Position numbers and translations under genes: made by a program
In this document: positions 37,752-49,277 of the stretch, in pieces
How positions within the stretch are numbered: the stretch's first letter is position 1
Layout of the letters: every line of letters starts with the position of its first letter
Source: Octopus sinensis
Taxonomy: Eukaryota
NCBI RefSeq assembly: GCF_006345805.1
Contig: NC_043010.1
Coordinates: 47,678,001 to 47,742,000, forward strand
Direction of reading: 5' to 3'
DNA: 64,000 bases
The notes under the pieces: model-generated
Seen by the model: the letters and a program-made list of their open reading frames with translations, nothing else
The model's database searches: none
What the model was told of the DNA's origin: nothing

Positions 37752-37856
37752 CTTTAGGGATCGGCCCTTGACAAACATTTTATCATAGCATTCTTCTTTA
37801 ATTTTCTCTTTGACAAACAATTTAGTCAGATTTTCATATTCAGTGTTTTCATATAT
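37752..37856 (-). CDS. CFAP43: CFAP43 coding exon 9 IYENTEYENLTKLFVKEKIKEECYDKMFVKGRSLK
   Basis: Acceptor tttcttttctag, donor GTAATA. 105 nt. Matches IKEECW.SM.VKGR.LK. Confidence 0.93.
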
Positions 37857-37914
37857 CTAGAAAAGAAATAAAGCAATCTATTGGATTGTTTCAATGTTTT
37901 GCTTCTCCTCATTC

Positions 37915-38615
37915 AACATCGTCATTGACATTGCCATCATTCTCACTGTCGTTGTCATTGTCATTGTGTCATTGTTGTCATTGTTATCATCATCATCATC
38001 ATCAACATTGTTATCATCATCATTATCAACATCATCATCATTGTCATCATGGTCATCATCATCCTTATTATTGTCATCATGGTCATCATCATCATTGTCA
38101 TCATCATCATCATCATCATCATCAACATAGTCATTGTTGTCAACATCATTATCAACATTGCCATCATCATCATCATCATCAACATTGTTATCATCATCAT
38201 TATCAACATCATCAACATTGTCATCATCATCATCATCGTCATCATCGTCATCGTCATCCTTATTATTGTTGTCATCATCGTCGTTGTTGTCGTCGTTGTC
38301 ATCATCATCAACATTGTTATCATCATCATTATCAGCATCATCAACATTGTCATCATCATCAACATTGTCATCATCGTCATCATCATCCTTATTATCATCT
38401 TCATCGTTGTCGTCATCGTCATCATCATCATCATCATCAACATAGTCATCATCATCATCAACATAGTCATCATTGTCAACTTCATTATCAACATTGTCAT
38501 CATCATCATCATCAACATCATCATCATCATCATCATCAACAGCAACAACAACAACACTCTCATCCTCATCATCACCATCAACATTGTCATTATTGTCTTC
38601 ATCAAGAGCATTATG
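37915..38615. repeat. Compound (CAT/CAA/TGT)n repeat with higher-order duplications
   Basis: Direct reading; produces spurious low-complexity ORFs in several frames. Confidence 0.9.
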
Positions 38616-39539
38616 ATCAGCAATGACATTTAAGAACTGTTTGTTTCTTTTGTTTGTTTTTTTCATTCTGGTATGAGGTCTATTCATCACAATCTTTTAT
38701 CTGTCAGGACCAGATTTGACCAAGTCACTTCTTATTTATAATATATTCCTTCACATTCCTCCTTCATTTGAGCTCTTCACTGTGTGTTCACATCATTTAA
38801 TAGCTAACCATGTTATCAAGGACTTTGATCTATTAACACTTCGTTTAAATCCACCACTCCTAGAAACACAGCCCACAGTAGCTACACAGACATAAATCCT
38901 TGTTGTTTGACGATAGGACAACTCTAATTGAGCAGACTTATGATCAAAGGTATCCCAGTCATGACTGTTCTGTTTATTTTGTTACTCAGTATGTCTTTTT
39001 TTATTGTTGTTGTTGTTGTTGCTGCTGTCGTTGTTTAACTTTTGGTAAATCCAGATTAGGCAAACCAATTAACAAACACATTTCAGGCACAGATCTCACT
39101 GCTTTTTCATAGACAGAATCTAGAACTACATTAGCTGATGTGTATTATCTTTATTTAAGATGGTAGAGTGTAAGTGATTTCAAGGAGATTTGGTTACTGT
39201 TTCTAGCAGAGCAAAAAACTGCATAAAGGCATTCATATCCATCAGAAAAATTTTTGAAAGAGGGAGAGGAGAGGGGAGTGGTGGTGGTGTTGGTGTTGTT
39301 GTTGTTGTTGGTGGTGGTGGTAGCAGTAGCAGCAGCAGGGAAGAGTGAGAAGGAGTAGGAGGTGGTGGTGGTAGTGGTGGTGGTGGTGGTAGTGGAAGAG
39401 GAGGCAGAGGAGAAAGAAGTGGGAGTAGCAGAAACAGCAGCAGCTGTAGTAGTAGTAGTAGTAGTAGTAGTAGCAGCAGCAGGAGGAGGAAGAGACAGAG
39501 GAGGAGGATGATGACGACAGCACATCAACAAAGACTTAC

Positions 39540-39665
39540 CTTCTGAATGGCTGCTTCGCCATCAGCTTGAAGACGTACTTGCTCCTCAACATCTAAATCA
39601 AATTCATATTGCTCCAGCTTCTCAATATCTGGACGGTTGTCATTAGCCTTGAGCATATCTTGTAC
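39540..39665 (-). CDS. CFAP43: CFAP43 coding exon 8 VQDMLKANDNRPDIEKLEQYEFDLDVEEQVRLQADGEAAIQK
   Basis: Acceptor tttttag, donor GTAAGT. 126 nt. Matches the conserved KL.Q.EF.LD.EE motif. Confidence 0.93.
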
Positions 39666-39974
39666 CTAAAAACAGAAGCAAACGCCCACTTTCATGTAAA
39701 ACAGGACACAGCAACTACTACTACTACTACTCTAATAAGGTGGTAAGCTGGCAGAATTGTTGGAGTATCAGAGAAAATGTCTAGCAAGATTTCTAAATCC
39801 TGAGTTTAAAATTCAATTAGGGTTCACCTTAGCCTTTCATCCCACTAGGGTGAGGAAAATGAAGTACCAGTCAAGTATTGAAGTCAGTGTAATCAACTAA
39901 CCTCTTTCTCCTAAAATTGCTGGCCTTGTGCCAAAATTTGAGACAATTATTACTAAAGCTTTTAGACGCTACTT

Positions 39975-40620
39975 TTCCAAGGATGTCACCCTGAGGTTTA
40001 GTGACAACAAGTCTTATCAAATCTCTAGAAACTTTCTTAAGAATATTCCAGAATCCAGGATTGCACTTTCCAGCAAGTGAACAATCGAACAACAATTCCA
40101 ATACCCTTCAGCCTCTTAAACAGCAGTTTTGGTGAACTAATTACTACAGGAACAATTGCTAACTTCATTTTCCAGTCTCTTCACCTCTCTCTGGCTAAAT
40201 CCTGATATTTCTTAATTTTCCCAATTTCTTTCATATCCACTCCATTATCATGTGGTATTACAAAGCCACTGCACTTACACTGTATTTTCTTTTCATTGGT
40301 CTCCTACAATCACATCTGATCTTCTTGCATCAATAGTATGGTCAGTCTATATGAAGAAATCCCATAAAATTCTGTAATTAATATTCTCCTTCAGACCCTA
40401 TGGCTCATGTTCATGCCACTTTTTTGTTACTTTGAATCCACACACTCACCTAACATACCAATTAGTTCTTTTATCAACACAGTCATGCCTGTACTAATAT
40501 TCCCTTTTCTACAGATTCTGCGTTTGCTCTCTGACTAAGTTTTATCTTTTGCCTTTATCAAACTACTTCAAATAGACTGTTCCTGGGCAGCTGTAAAAAG
40601 TGATTTGGTTTCTTTTCGCA
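39975..40620 (-). mobile_element. Decayed R4/Dong-like LINE restriction-like endonuclease region
   Basis: Remnants PHDNGVDMKEIGKIKKYQDL..RDWKMK..VPVVI and an ILWDF-like segment; many stops. Confidence 0.6.
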
Positions 40621-40819
40621 AATTTCCATCTATCGGTCATAACCAGTGTTCTTTACTTCCTCAGTTAGTTACAAGAATTGGCCATGTAATTTGTTCTCTT
40701 TCCAGCTATTTGTCTCATTGTTCTTTCTTCAGTTCTTGAATTCTCCTACTGTTGCAGTTGAAAATAACTTGAGATATTGTTTTTCAATGAAGACCAAATT
40801 ATTATTGAATTTTTATTTA

Positions 40820-41410
40820 TGCAAAGAATGGAAAAAACTTAAGGAAGTTACCAACTTCAAGTACCTTGGTGCTTAGACAGAATGTAGTGAAAAAGACTTT
40901 GCCGTGCGGAAGGCACTTGCTTAGCGTATGTGTCACAAATTGCATAATATCTGGCACATGAATTAAAAATCAGATTGTTTGTCTTCATAGTAGAATCAGT
41001 TTAGTTATATGGTACTGAAACTTGGACCCTCACCAAAAAGTTTGAAAAACAAATAGATGGCTGCTACATAAGAATGTTAAGAATGGGATCAGAATGTTAC
41101 ATGGAGAACTCATTTAAACAACAAGCAGCTTTTTCCAGATCCACCCAAAGTGACTGAGAAGATTCAACAGAGAATAGTAAGAATTACTGGCCATTACTTC
41201 AGGCACCCAGAAGAACTTGTGTGTCAACTGGTTTTATGGCAGTCAGTTGAAGGAAGAACCAACAGAGGAAGAACGCGTCTAAGCTATGGGGACAACTTGC
41301 TTCAGGACAGTGAAATGGCAAATATCCTCAAATTAAGAACATGCATAGAGGACCATGATGGATGGTATGTTTGCATGAAATCAATGAAGCTTCTGGGAGG
41401 ATGACCCAAC
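40820..41410 (+). mobile_element. RTE/RTEX-like LINE 3' fragment
   Basis: NFKYLG, YGTETWTLTK, ITGHYFRHPEE..LVLW. Confidence 0.85.
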
Positions 41411-41549
41411 TAACTATTATTTATGACAGAAGTCTGTCATAAATATGACATAAACATATGAAGCATATCTTGAAATATGACAAAACTGTTAAAAAATAAA
41501 AGCAAAAACGAAAACATGATCTATTCCATATTTTGGTAATGTACTGTTA

Positions 41550-41995
41550 TATCATCATCATCATCATCGTTTAACGTCCGTTTTCCACGCTAGCACGGGT
41601 TGGACGGTTTGACCGGGGTCTGGGAAGCCAGGGGCTGCACCAGGCTCCAGTCTGATCTGGCAGTGTTTCTACAGCTGGATGCCTTTCCTAACACCAACCA
41701 CTCCACAAGTGTAGTGGGTGCTTTTTACGTGCCACCTGCACAGGTGCCAGGGGGGTCTGGCATCGGCCACGATCGGTTGGAGCTTTTTATGTGGAAGCCA
41801 GCCAAGGCGGCGCTGGCAATGGCCACGTTCGGATGGTGCTTTTTATGTGCCACCGGCACAGAAGCCAGTCGGGGCGGTGCTGGCATCGGCCACGTTCGGA
41901 TGGTGCTTTTTATGTGCTACCGGCACAGGACCAGTTGAGGTGGCGCTGGCAACAGCCACGTTCGGATGGTGCTTTTTATGTGCCACCGGCACAAA
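41550..41995 (-). mobile_element. Family C element ending about 20 bp from the exon 7 donor
   Basis: (cat)n cgtttaacgtccg..; four or more tandem cacgttcggatggtgctttttatgtgc units. Confidence 0.85.
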
Positions 41996-42017
41996 AAAAA
42001 AGAGTTAGGGTATTTAC

Positions 42018-42095
42018 AGTTTGTCGTATCTTAGAAACTGCATCTTTTATTTTCTGTTTCTCTTCTGATATTTCTCTCTCTTTCTCGTCAAGAGC
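42018..42095 (-). CDS. CFAP43: CFAP43 coding exon 7 ALDEKEREISEEKQKIKDAVSKIRQT
   Basis: Acceptor cttttgttctgcag, donor GTAAAT. 78 nt. Start of the coiled coil. Confidence 0.88.
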
Positions 42096-42187
42096 CTGCA
42101 GAACAAAAGAAAAGCAATAAAGATGTATACATTAACGATTTCTTTATTTCAAATCTTAATAAAAACGATTTCTTTGTATTTAATAAC

Positions 42188-42276
<89 letters not shown>

Positions 42277-42304
42277 TATTATTATTATTATTATTATTAT
42301 TATG

Positions 42305-43450
42305 GCTTTAAGTCCGACATAAAATTTACATCTACTTTGTCAAAAACTAGTATTGAATTTTTTGACACAAAGTTAAGTTTTCTGGAGGCAGAAAATCAAC
42401 AGAGCTATTTTGCAAGCCCACATCATCCCACATTTACCCCCACCACTAATCATCCTATTCATCCTCACCATATAATTCAGTCAAATCTGAAATCCTAATT
42501 TTTTAGGATAAAATGGATTTGTACTGATATAGGGGATTACTGGAAACATGCAAATGGCTTTGTACACCATTATGTCAAACGTGGTTACAGTGAATCACGA
42601 TTAAAAAAAATTGCAAATAATATAGCTAAGATTAGCAAGGGAAGTCAATAATTTTAGCAAACAAAGTACAATATGTGACAGAATTCCTTTAGTGATCAAC
42701 AGGCACCAAAATTTTGCTGGCATTTCAAAAGTGTTACATGAAAGTTACCAGCATGTTGTGGAAAAATATTTTCGTTTGAAGCATATAATTCCTCAGCCGC
42801 CTATTGTAGCCTTTAGATGGAATTGAAATATAAGAGAACTATTAACCTCTACTTCTGACTCCAAGAAAACTGACACTGGAATTTCTGCGCACTGTACCTT
42901 GAGAAATAACCACAAGAGAAGTAAGCCCTGTTCATTGTACAATAACATGAGTCAAATCGATTCCATAAGGAATCATAATAGAAATGTTATGATTTACACA
43001 GAAGGTGAGATGTGTAGAGATTCCCATTTGGTGTACCACAGAACAATTAAACAAAAGGTTCAGTGGGCACAGATATGACATCAGGCACAATAACAATAGT
43101 ATGACAGAACTTGCTGAACATTTTACATCAAACAGGCTGCAATTTTGAAAAAGTCTTGAAAGTACATATTCTCAGAAAATATTCTGAATCTGCTACACTT
43201 TCAGTGCTCAAAATCCATGAGGAGAAATATGTTTGTGAGTTATTAACATCATGCCGTGAGGGGATGAATAAAATGACAGGAGAATTTCATCGTATTTACA
43301 CAAAACTGTTTGATTAAATATTCTTCTTTTTCCTTTTCTTTTTTCTTTTCTTTTCTTTCTCTTTTTTCTTTCTTTTTCTTTTTGGCAGTTGAAAACTTGA
43401 AAATCGAAGACTGATGATGTCATTCCATCAACATGGGAACACTGTTTGTC
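42305..43450 (+). mobile_element. Decayed canonical Penelope-like element (RT thumb, RGY, GIY-YIG) with downstream repeat
   Basis: PTIKFT..IEFFD, YVKRGYS, LNKRFSGHRYDI..ELAEHF; CTGATGA..GGAAC..GTC at 43411-43450. Confidence 0.75.
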
Positions 43451-43520
43451 TCCTTCAAATTTTGAATTTGAATTTCTATAATTTTGAATTTCTATGTACT
43501 ACTTTTCATATTCCATGTAC

Positions 43521-43557
<37 letters not shown>

Positions 43558-43591
43558 ATATATATATATATATACACACATATATATATAC

Positions 43592-43637
<46 letters not shown>

Positions 43638-44273
43638 GTATGTATGTATATATATATATATATATATATATAGCAGAGCTATGTGATTAAGAAATTCACA
43701 ATCACATAATTTCAAACTCATTTCCACAGTATATTTCCACCTTAAGGCATGTGTCTTCTGGTATATTCCCAGGCTGAATAAAGCCTTGTGAGTAAATTTG
43801 GCAAAAGGAAACTCATCCGAAAGAAACCTAGCATGTATATATACATGTGTGTATATGTGTACATGCATATATGTGTGTATGTGTATGTAATATGTATGAG
43901 TGTGTGTGTACGTGTGTGTGCGCATGTGGATGTGTGTGTGTGTGCGCATGTGGATGTGTGTGTGTGTGTGAGTTGATATGACAAAAAGACAAAGGTGATG
44001 ATAATAGAAATATTATTGTTATTATGTTGAATATTAAGGTGGCAAGCTAGCAGAATCATTAGCATGCCAGGCAAACCGATCAGTGGCAATTCATCTGTTC
44101 CTACATTCTGAGTTCAAATCCTGCCACGGTCGCTTTTGACTATCATCCTTTCAGAGTCAATAAATTAAGTACCAGTGAAACACTGGGGTCAGTGTAATCA
44201 ACAAGTCACCTCTCCCAAAAATTCAGGCCCTGTGCCTTTTGTAGAAAAGACTGTATTGAATCTGTAAACTTAC

Positions 44274-44321
44274 TATTTTTCTCTGAGTATCCAACCATGT
44301 AATTGGCGTATTTTCTGTGAG
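44274..44321 (-). CDS. CFAP43: CFAP43 coding exon 6 LTENTPITWLDTQRKI
   Basis: Acceptor tttccaaacatgcag, donor GTAAGT. 48 nt, phase 0-0. Trp matches the recalled IPWIQQK segment. Confidence 0.8.
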
Positions 44322-44597
44322 CTGCATGTTTGGAAAGAAAAATAAAGACTGAATGTAAGAAATTTTTACAGAAATGTGAGGAAATTGGCATAAAGTGATA
44401 ATAAATCTTATATGATACACGGATGCCGGGGAAATGTATCCAGTGTATCAAAATATGAAAATAAAGTTTTATATTACTCACAACGTATGAAACAAAAACT
44501 AACAAAAAATCTGAAAAAGAGCATGGACGTTTAGGATAAACTAATGAATATGCATTGAATGGGCAAACTTCAGAGAGTCTATGCTTTGCTTTCATTT

Positions 44598-45490
44598 ATG
44601 AGGTGGTATCAAAAAGTTCCCAGACTATTCTGGGATCTTTTCGGTTTGACCGGCAGTTTTTTAAAATAATTTCCACGTAACTAAACACTTTTAAACTTCG
44701 TATACTGGTAGAATGTGTTTATAAAACATCTTTTCTCTTGGTTTTATTGAGAAAATTCTGTAGTTTGTAAGACATTTGTTGTTGTTTTTTCTTCAATTTC
44801 CGCAAGTTCAACCAATCAATGACATCTATTGAGGTGAAAACATTCTGTGCCATATGAATATGTCCCTCGTTTAAGAAACAGATTGGGTTTATTTACATTT
44901 CTGAAGAAAAAAAGATACCCTTTCCCCCTACCCCTAACCCTAACTAACCCTAATTCTAACCCTAACCCTAAAACAGATTGAAATGCAATAGATCGATACT
45001 AGGGTCATAATTATTGGTGACAATTTCATATGACACCACTAGAAAAAACTGCCATTCAAATCAAAAAGATCCCAACAGAGGACAAAACATGGTTGCATGC
45101 ACAGTGATAGCTAGCAGTGACCGTGATGAGGCAGTGTACCAAGTGACTGCAATTTTGTCATAGACAGGAGGTTGGAACAAAGAGCCATTGTAAAATGTTG
45201 CATTAAACTTGGGAAGTCTGCTACAGAAACATTGAGCATGTTTTGGCAAGCTTATGGTGATGAGACAATGGGTCATATGCAATATTTCGAGTGGCACAGG
45301 TGTTTCAAAAGCAGAAGAACATCCCTGGGAGATGATGAGCGATCTGGAAGACCTGTCACAAGCATCACCCCTGGAAATATGGCATTGTGCATTGAGAATT
45401 CACCCCCCCCCCCAGGGCCAGACTGTCTATCAAGAGTTCTACTGTGATGTCTTGAACCATCTGAGGGAGGTCATTCAACAAAAGCGACCA
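44598..45490 (+). mobile_element. Internally deleted mariner, interrupted by a MITE
   Basis: TIR-like gaggtggtatcaaaaagttcc; EQRAIVKCCIKLGKSATET..DDERSGRP; GQTVYQEFYCDVL. Confidence 0.75.
44631..45074. mobile_element. Unclassified TIR element with internal telomere-like (CCCTAA)n
   Basis: TIRs tgggatctttt..ggcagttttt / aaaaactgcc..aaaagatccca. Confidence 0.7.
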
Positions 45491-45774
45491 GGCGTAGAAG
45501 TGGTTGTGTGCTAAGTAGCTTGCTTACCAATCACATGGTTCCGTGTTCAGTCCCACTGCGTGGCACCTTGGGCAAGTGTCTTCTACTATAGCCTCGGGCC
45601 GACCAAAGCCTTGTGAGTGGATTTGGTAGACAGAAACTGAAAGTAACCCGTCGTATATATATATATATATATATGTATATATTGGCAGGGCTGGCCTGCT
45701 AGGTAGCCGGCCAGAATGCTAGAAGAAGACCATCAACGATCAAACTACAAGGGAAATTCTCTAGAGGAAGAAAC

Positions 45775-46098
45775 ACAAAATTTAGAGGACTGACCACTAA
45801 AAGGGGACAGCCTATATGCTAAACATAGATGTTAAATTGCCATTACCACGAAGAATATGTTCTCAAAAAAAATCTCAGCAAAAAAACAAAATATAAAAAT
45901 AAGCAAGGCAAATGAAAATATACAAAATAAAAAACCGATTTTTTATTTCGTATATTTTCATTTGCTTTGCTTATTTTTACATTTTGGTTTATTGCTGAGA
46001 TTTTTTCTGAGAACACATTCTTCATGGTAATGGCAATTTGACATCTATGTTTAGCATATAGGCTGTCCCCTTTTAGTGGTCAGTCCTCTAAATTTTGT
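45775..46098. repeat. Long inverted repeat, 160-bp arms, 4-nt spacer
   Basis: 45775-45934 pairs with 45939-46098. Confidence 0.9.
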
Positions 46099-46673
46099 AT
46101 ATAACACAATTTTTAATCTTCAGATTTTTTAAAATATACTAAGCCACTGGTTTTAATTGATTAATATCAGTTTCTACCCTTATTTAATTTTAAATATATA
46201 TATATATATATATATAAGAGTCCCTCCTAGCGTGAGGCATCTATATGTAATAGTGCCCTCTATATAATATAAATAAATAAATTTAAAAGAAAAAAATTGA
46301 TGGCTTTTTTTTCTCTTATGAAGTTTTTCACGCTAACTACTTGATAAATTCTTATGAAGATTTTATCCTATATTTAAATTATATATATATATATTATGTA
46401 TGTATGTATGTATGAAATTGTGTCTGTGTTTGTCCCGCCAACATTGCTTGACAATCGATGCTGCTGTGTTTACATTCCCGTTACTTAGCGGTTCGGCAAG
46501 AGAGACTGCTAGACCAGAATAAGTACTAAGCTTACAAAGAATGAGTCCTGGGGTTGATTTGCTTGACTAAAGGCAGTGCTCCAGCATGGCCACAGTCAAA
46601 TGACTGAAACAAATACAAGAATAAAAGAAAAAAGGAATAAATGCATCATAGAATAAATGATTACAAAACTTAC

Positions 46674-46955
46674 ATTCATCTCTGGACCTGGTACTCCAAT
46701 GCTATGTAGCTTCATGCACGCTTTGCTCTCTTTTTTAGCAAGGTGAGGTTTCATGTTGATGGTCGTTTGATGAAATTCCTTTGTAACACGGCTCTGATGT
46801 TTGGTCAAAAGTTTGTGTTCATGATTGATTTTATAGCAAGAAGCAGTGCCATCATATGCAGTGACCAGAAGGAACTGACAATCCCATGACAGAACGATAG
46901 TCTTCACACCTTTGTTGTGATGGTCATGTGTGACTGAGGTGAGCTGAATTTTACT
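46674..46955 (-). CDS. CFAP43: CFAP43 coding exon 5 SKIQLTSVTHDHHNKGVKTIVLSWDCQFLLVTAYDG...GPEMN
   Basis: Overlaps ORF 46596-46907. Acceptor atttcaacag, donor GTAAGT. 282 nt, phase 0-0. WD40 repeat. Confidence 0.88.
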
Positions 46956-47176
46956 CTGTTGAAATTACAAGAAAATTCAAAAACAAAATTCAAACTATCA
47001 CCACCACCACATATTTATATGTTGTTTTGCATGTTTATATATTTGGACATGTGTGTGCATATACATATATGCGCATTTGTATTTTTTTTTTCATATATGT
47101 ATGTGTATTTTATGTGTGTTAATAAGTACATATATATATATATATTTGTGCGAGTGTTCAGATGCAGATGTAAATT

Positions 47177-47233
<57 letters not shown>

Positions 47234-47235
<2 letters not shown>

Positions 47236-47605
47236 CGAGCAAAACACCCCCTGTCCAATGGACGGTGCTGAGTTATCAAACATTTAAACCAAATTTTCTC
47301 AAAACAACTTGTCCAACCATCGCATAGGCCTTCCCTTTGAGAAACACTGATTTAACCTAAATTTGAGACACCAGCAAAAGAAGAAATAAAGATAGACATT
47401 TTTTCTATCCCAAAGAAAAACGATTTTATTCATTTTATTGATCGCATTGTCACCCGGAATCAATTTTTGTAATTTTTTCAAGACTTATACACGCCCTGAT
47501 ACCGTCGGTATCTACATATCAAATTTGAGCGCAATCGGATGGTGGATGCCTGAGATCACAGAAGACACACACACAGACAGACAGAACGGATTTTATATAA
47601 TAGAT
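47234..47605 (+). mobile_element. Helitron/HINE-like non-autonomous element
   Basis: aaatttgagcgcaatcgg..gagat..acagacagacag..ttttatataatagat end typical of this class. Confidence 0.5.
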
Positions 47606-48513
47606 TATATTATATTATATTTATTTGCATGCATACATGCGTGCATACATACATGCATATGCGCACACACACATATGTAGGCAACTAAACCAGCAACCCT
47701 ACCAGGCTTATTTGTAAGGAGGGTGGTTTTTCATTGGACACCCTGCAGGACAAAAGACAAAAACTGTCATGTATGTATGTATGTATGTATGTGTGTGTGA
47801 GTGTGTGTACGTATGTCTGTGAGTGTGTGTACATATGTATGTGTGTATGTATGTGTATGTGTGTGTGAGTGTATGTGTGTGTCTGTGTGTATATATGTAT
47901 GTATGTTTGTGAGTGTGTATATGTATGTATGTGTGTATGTGTGTGTATGTGTGTACATATGTATGTATGTTTGTGAGTGTGTATATGTATGTATGTGTGT
48001 ATGTGTGTATGTGTGTGTATGTGTGTATGTGTGTGAGTGTATGTGTGTGAGTGTGTGTGTGTATGTCTGCCTGTGTGTTTGTGTGTGTGTGTGTGAGTGC
48101 ATGTGCGTTTGTGTGCATGTGTGTGAGTATATGTGCAGATTGTTATGTTTTGTTTTATGTATGTCTTCTCATGCATATACTTGCATATCTAGACATGCTT
48201 ATATATACTTAAATGATAAACTTATGGAAGTTTTTTTTTTTATGTATGTATGTATGTATGTATGTATGTATGTATGTACGTATGTATTTCAACCATGGGT
48301 ATTGGTGAAGGATTTAAACACCAACAAAAATCTAAAACCCCAGTACTCTTCATACCAGGTCCTTTGCACCAAATTATAGACAATTCCTTATCACCATAAC
48401 TACCAGAAAATGTAATGAACCCCTGATTAGTCTAATGTAACAACCAGCAATGCTATTGTTCACAAATGGAGATATAGAAGAAGAAAAATAGTAAAATGGT
48501 CTGAAAGAATTAC

Positions 48514-48654
48514 CAGATCTGCCCATAGAAAGGCATGGATGGATCCATCTTCACCAGCCATTAGTAGCCATTTCTCATCAAAGCTAGTACATAGGCAACA
48601 AGCAGAAAATTGGTGGAATGGGAATCTCTTTGAAATTTCCCATCCAATGCCCCG
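48514..48654 (-). CDS. CFAP43: CFAP43 coding exon 4 RGIGWEISKRFPFHQFSACCLCTSFDEKWLLMAGEDGSIHAFLWADL
   Basis: Acceptor ttttaattttatag, donor GTAATT. 141 nt, phase 0-0. WD40-like (WLLMAGEDG). Confidence 0.88.
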
Positions 48655-48693
48655 CTATAAAATTAAAATAAGCAAAATTAGATGATATGTAAG

Positions 48694-48737
<44 letters not shown>

Positions 48738-48856
48738 TATATATATACATCAATAACAATATAGGGTGAAATTAATTAATTTGGAATAATTATTAATTTC
48801 ACCAAGTAGATTTCGGCATGTAAAAGCCCCATTCAAGGAAGGTTTAAGTAATACTA

Positions 48857-49118
48857 AGTAATTAAGGGTTTAGCAATGATTTGCCTCACCACACACCGAA
48901 TTTAGAAATAGCAGTCAAAGAGTTATGGCTATTCTTTCTACTTAAAAGGGAGATCCCAGTAAAACCACAGCACTTAGAACAATTTGTTGTTTGCCTTTTA
49001 AGTGCTGTGGTTTTACTGGGATCTCCCTTTTAAGTAGAAAGAATAGCCATAACTCTTTGACTGCTATTTCTAAATTCGGTGTGTGGTGAGGCAAATCGTT
49101 GCTAAACCCTTAATTACT
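48857..49118. repeat. Near-perfect inverted repeat, 120-bp arms, 22-nt spacer
   Basis: 48857-48976 versus 48999-49118, one mismatch (at a CpG). Confidence 0.95.
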
Positions 49119-49242
49119 TTGTATATATATATATATATATATAGTTAATCCAAACAAGAAAGCACAAAAAAAACACAACAACACGAGGACATGGAACAAA
49201 TATAGTATTATTGGACGCTCAGGAAAGAAGGAAAGAAGGAGG

Positions 49243-49277
49243 GCTTAACATTTCGAGCAGAGCTCTTCGTCAGAAAC
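49243..49277 (-). ncRNA. Minimal hammerhead-ribozyme-like motif in a PLE-type tail
   Basis: GTTT-CTGACGA-A-GAGC(TCT)GCTC-GAAA-TGTT-AAGC. Confidence 0.55.

Noticed and set aside
37878-38690. 270-aa Asp/Asn-rich ORF on the CFAP43 sense strand, resembling acidic biomineral proteins
   Set aside because: GAY/AAY repeats are stop-free by composition and several other frames are also open. There are no credible splice sites and the ORF is intronic.
41760-41995. CRISPR-like array (regularly spaced ~50-bp repeats in family C)
   Set aside because: The units are diverged tandem minisatellites without unique spacers, inside a eukaryotic retroelement, with no cas genes.
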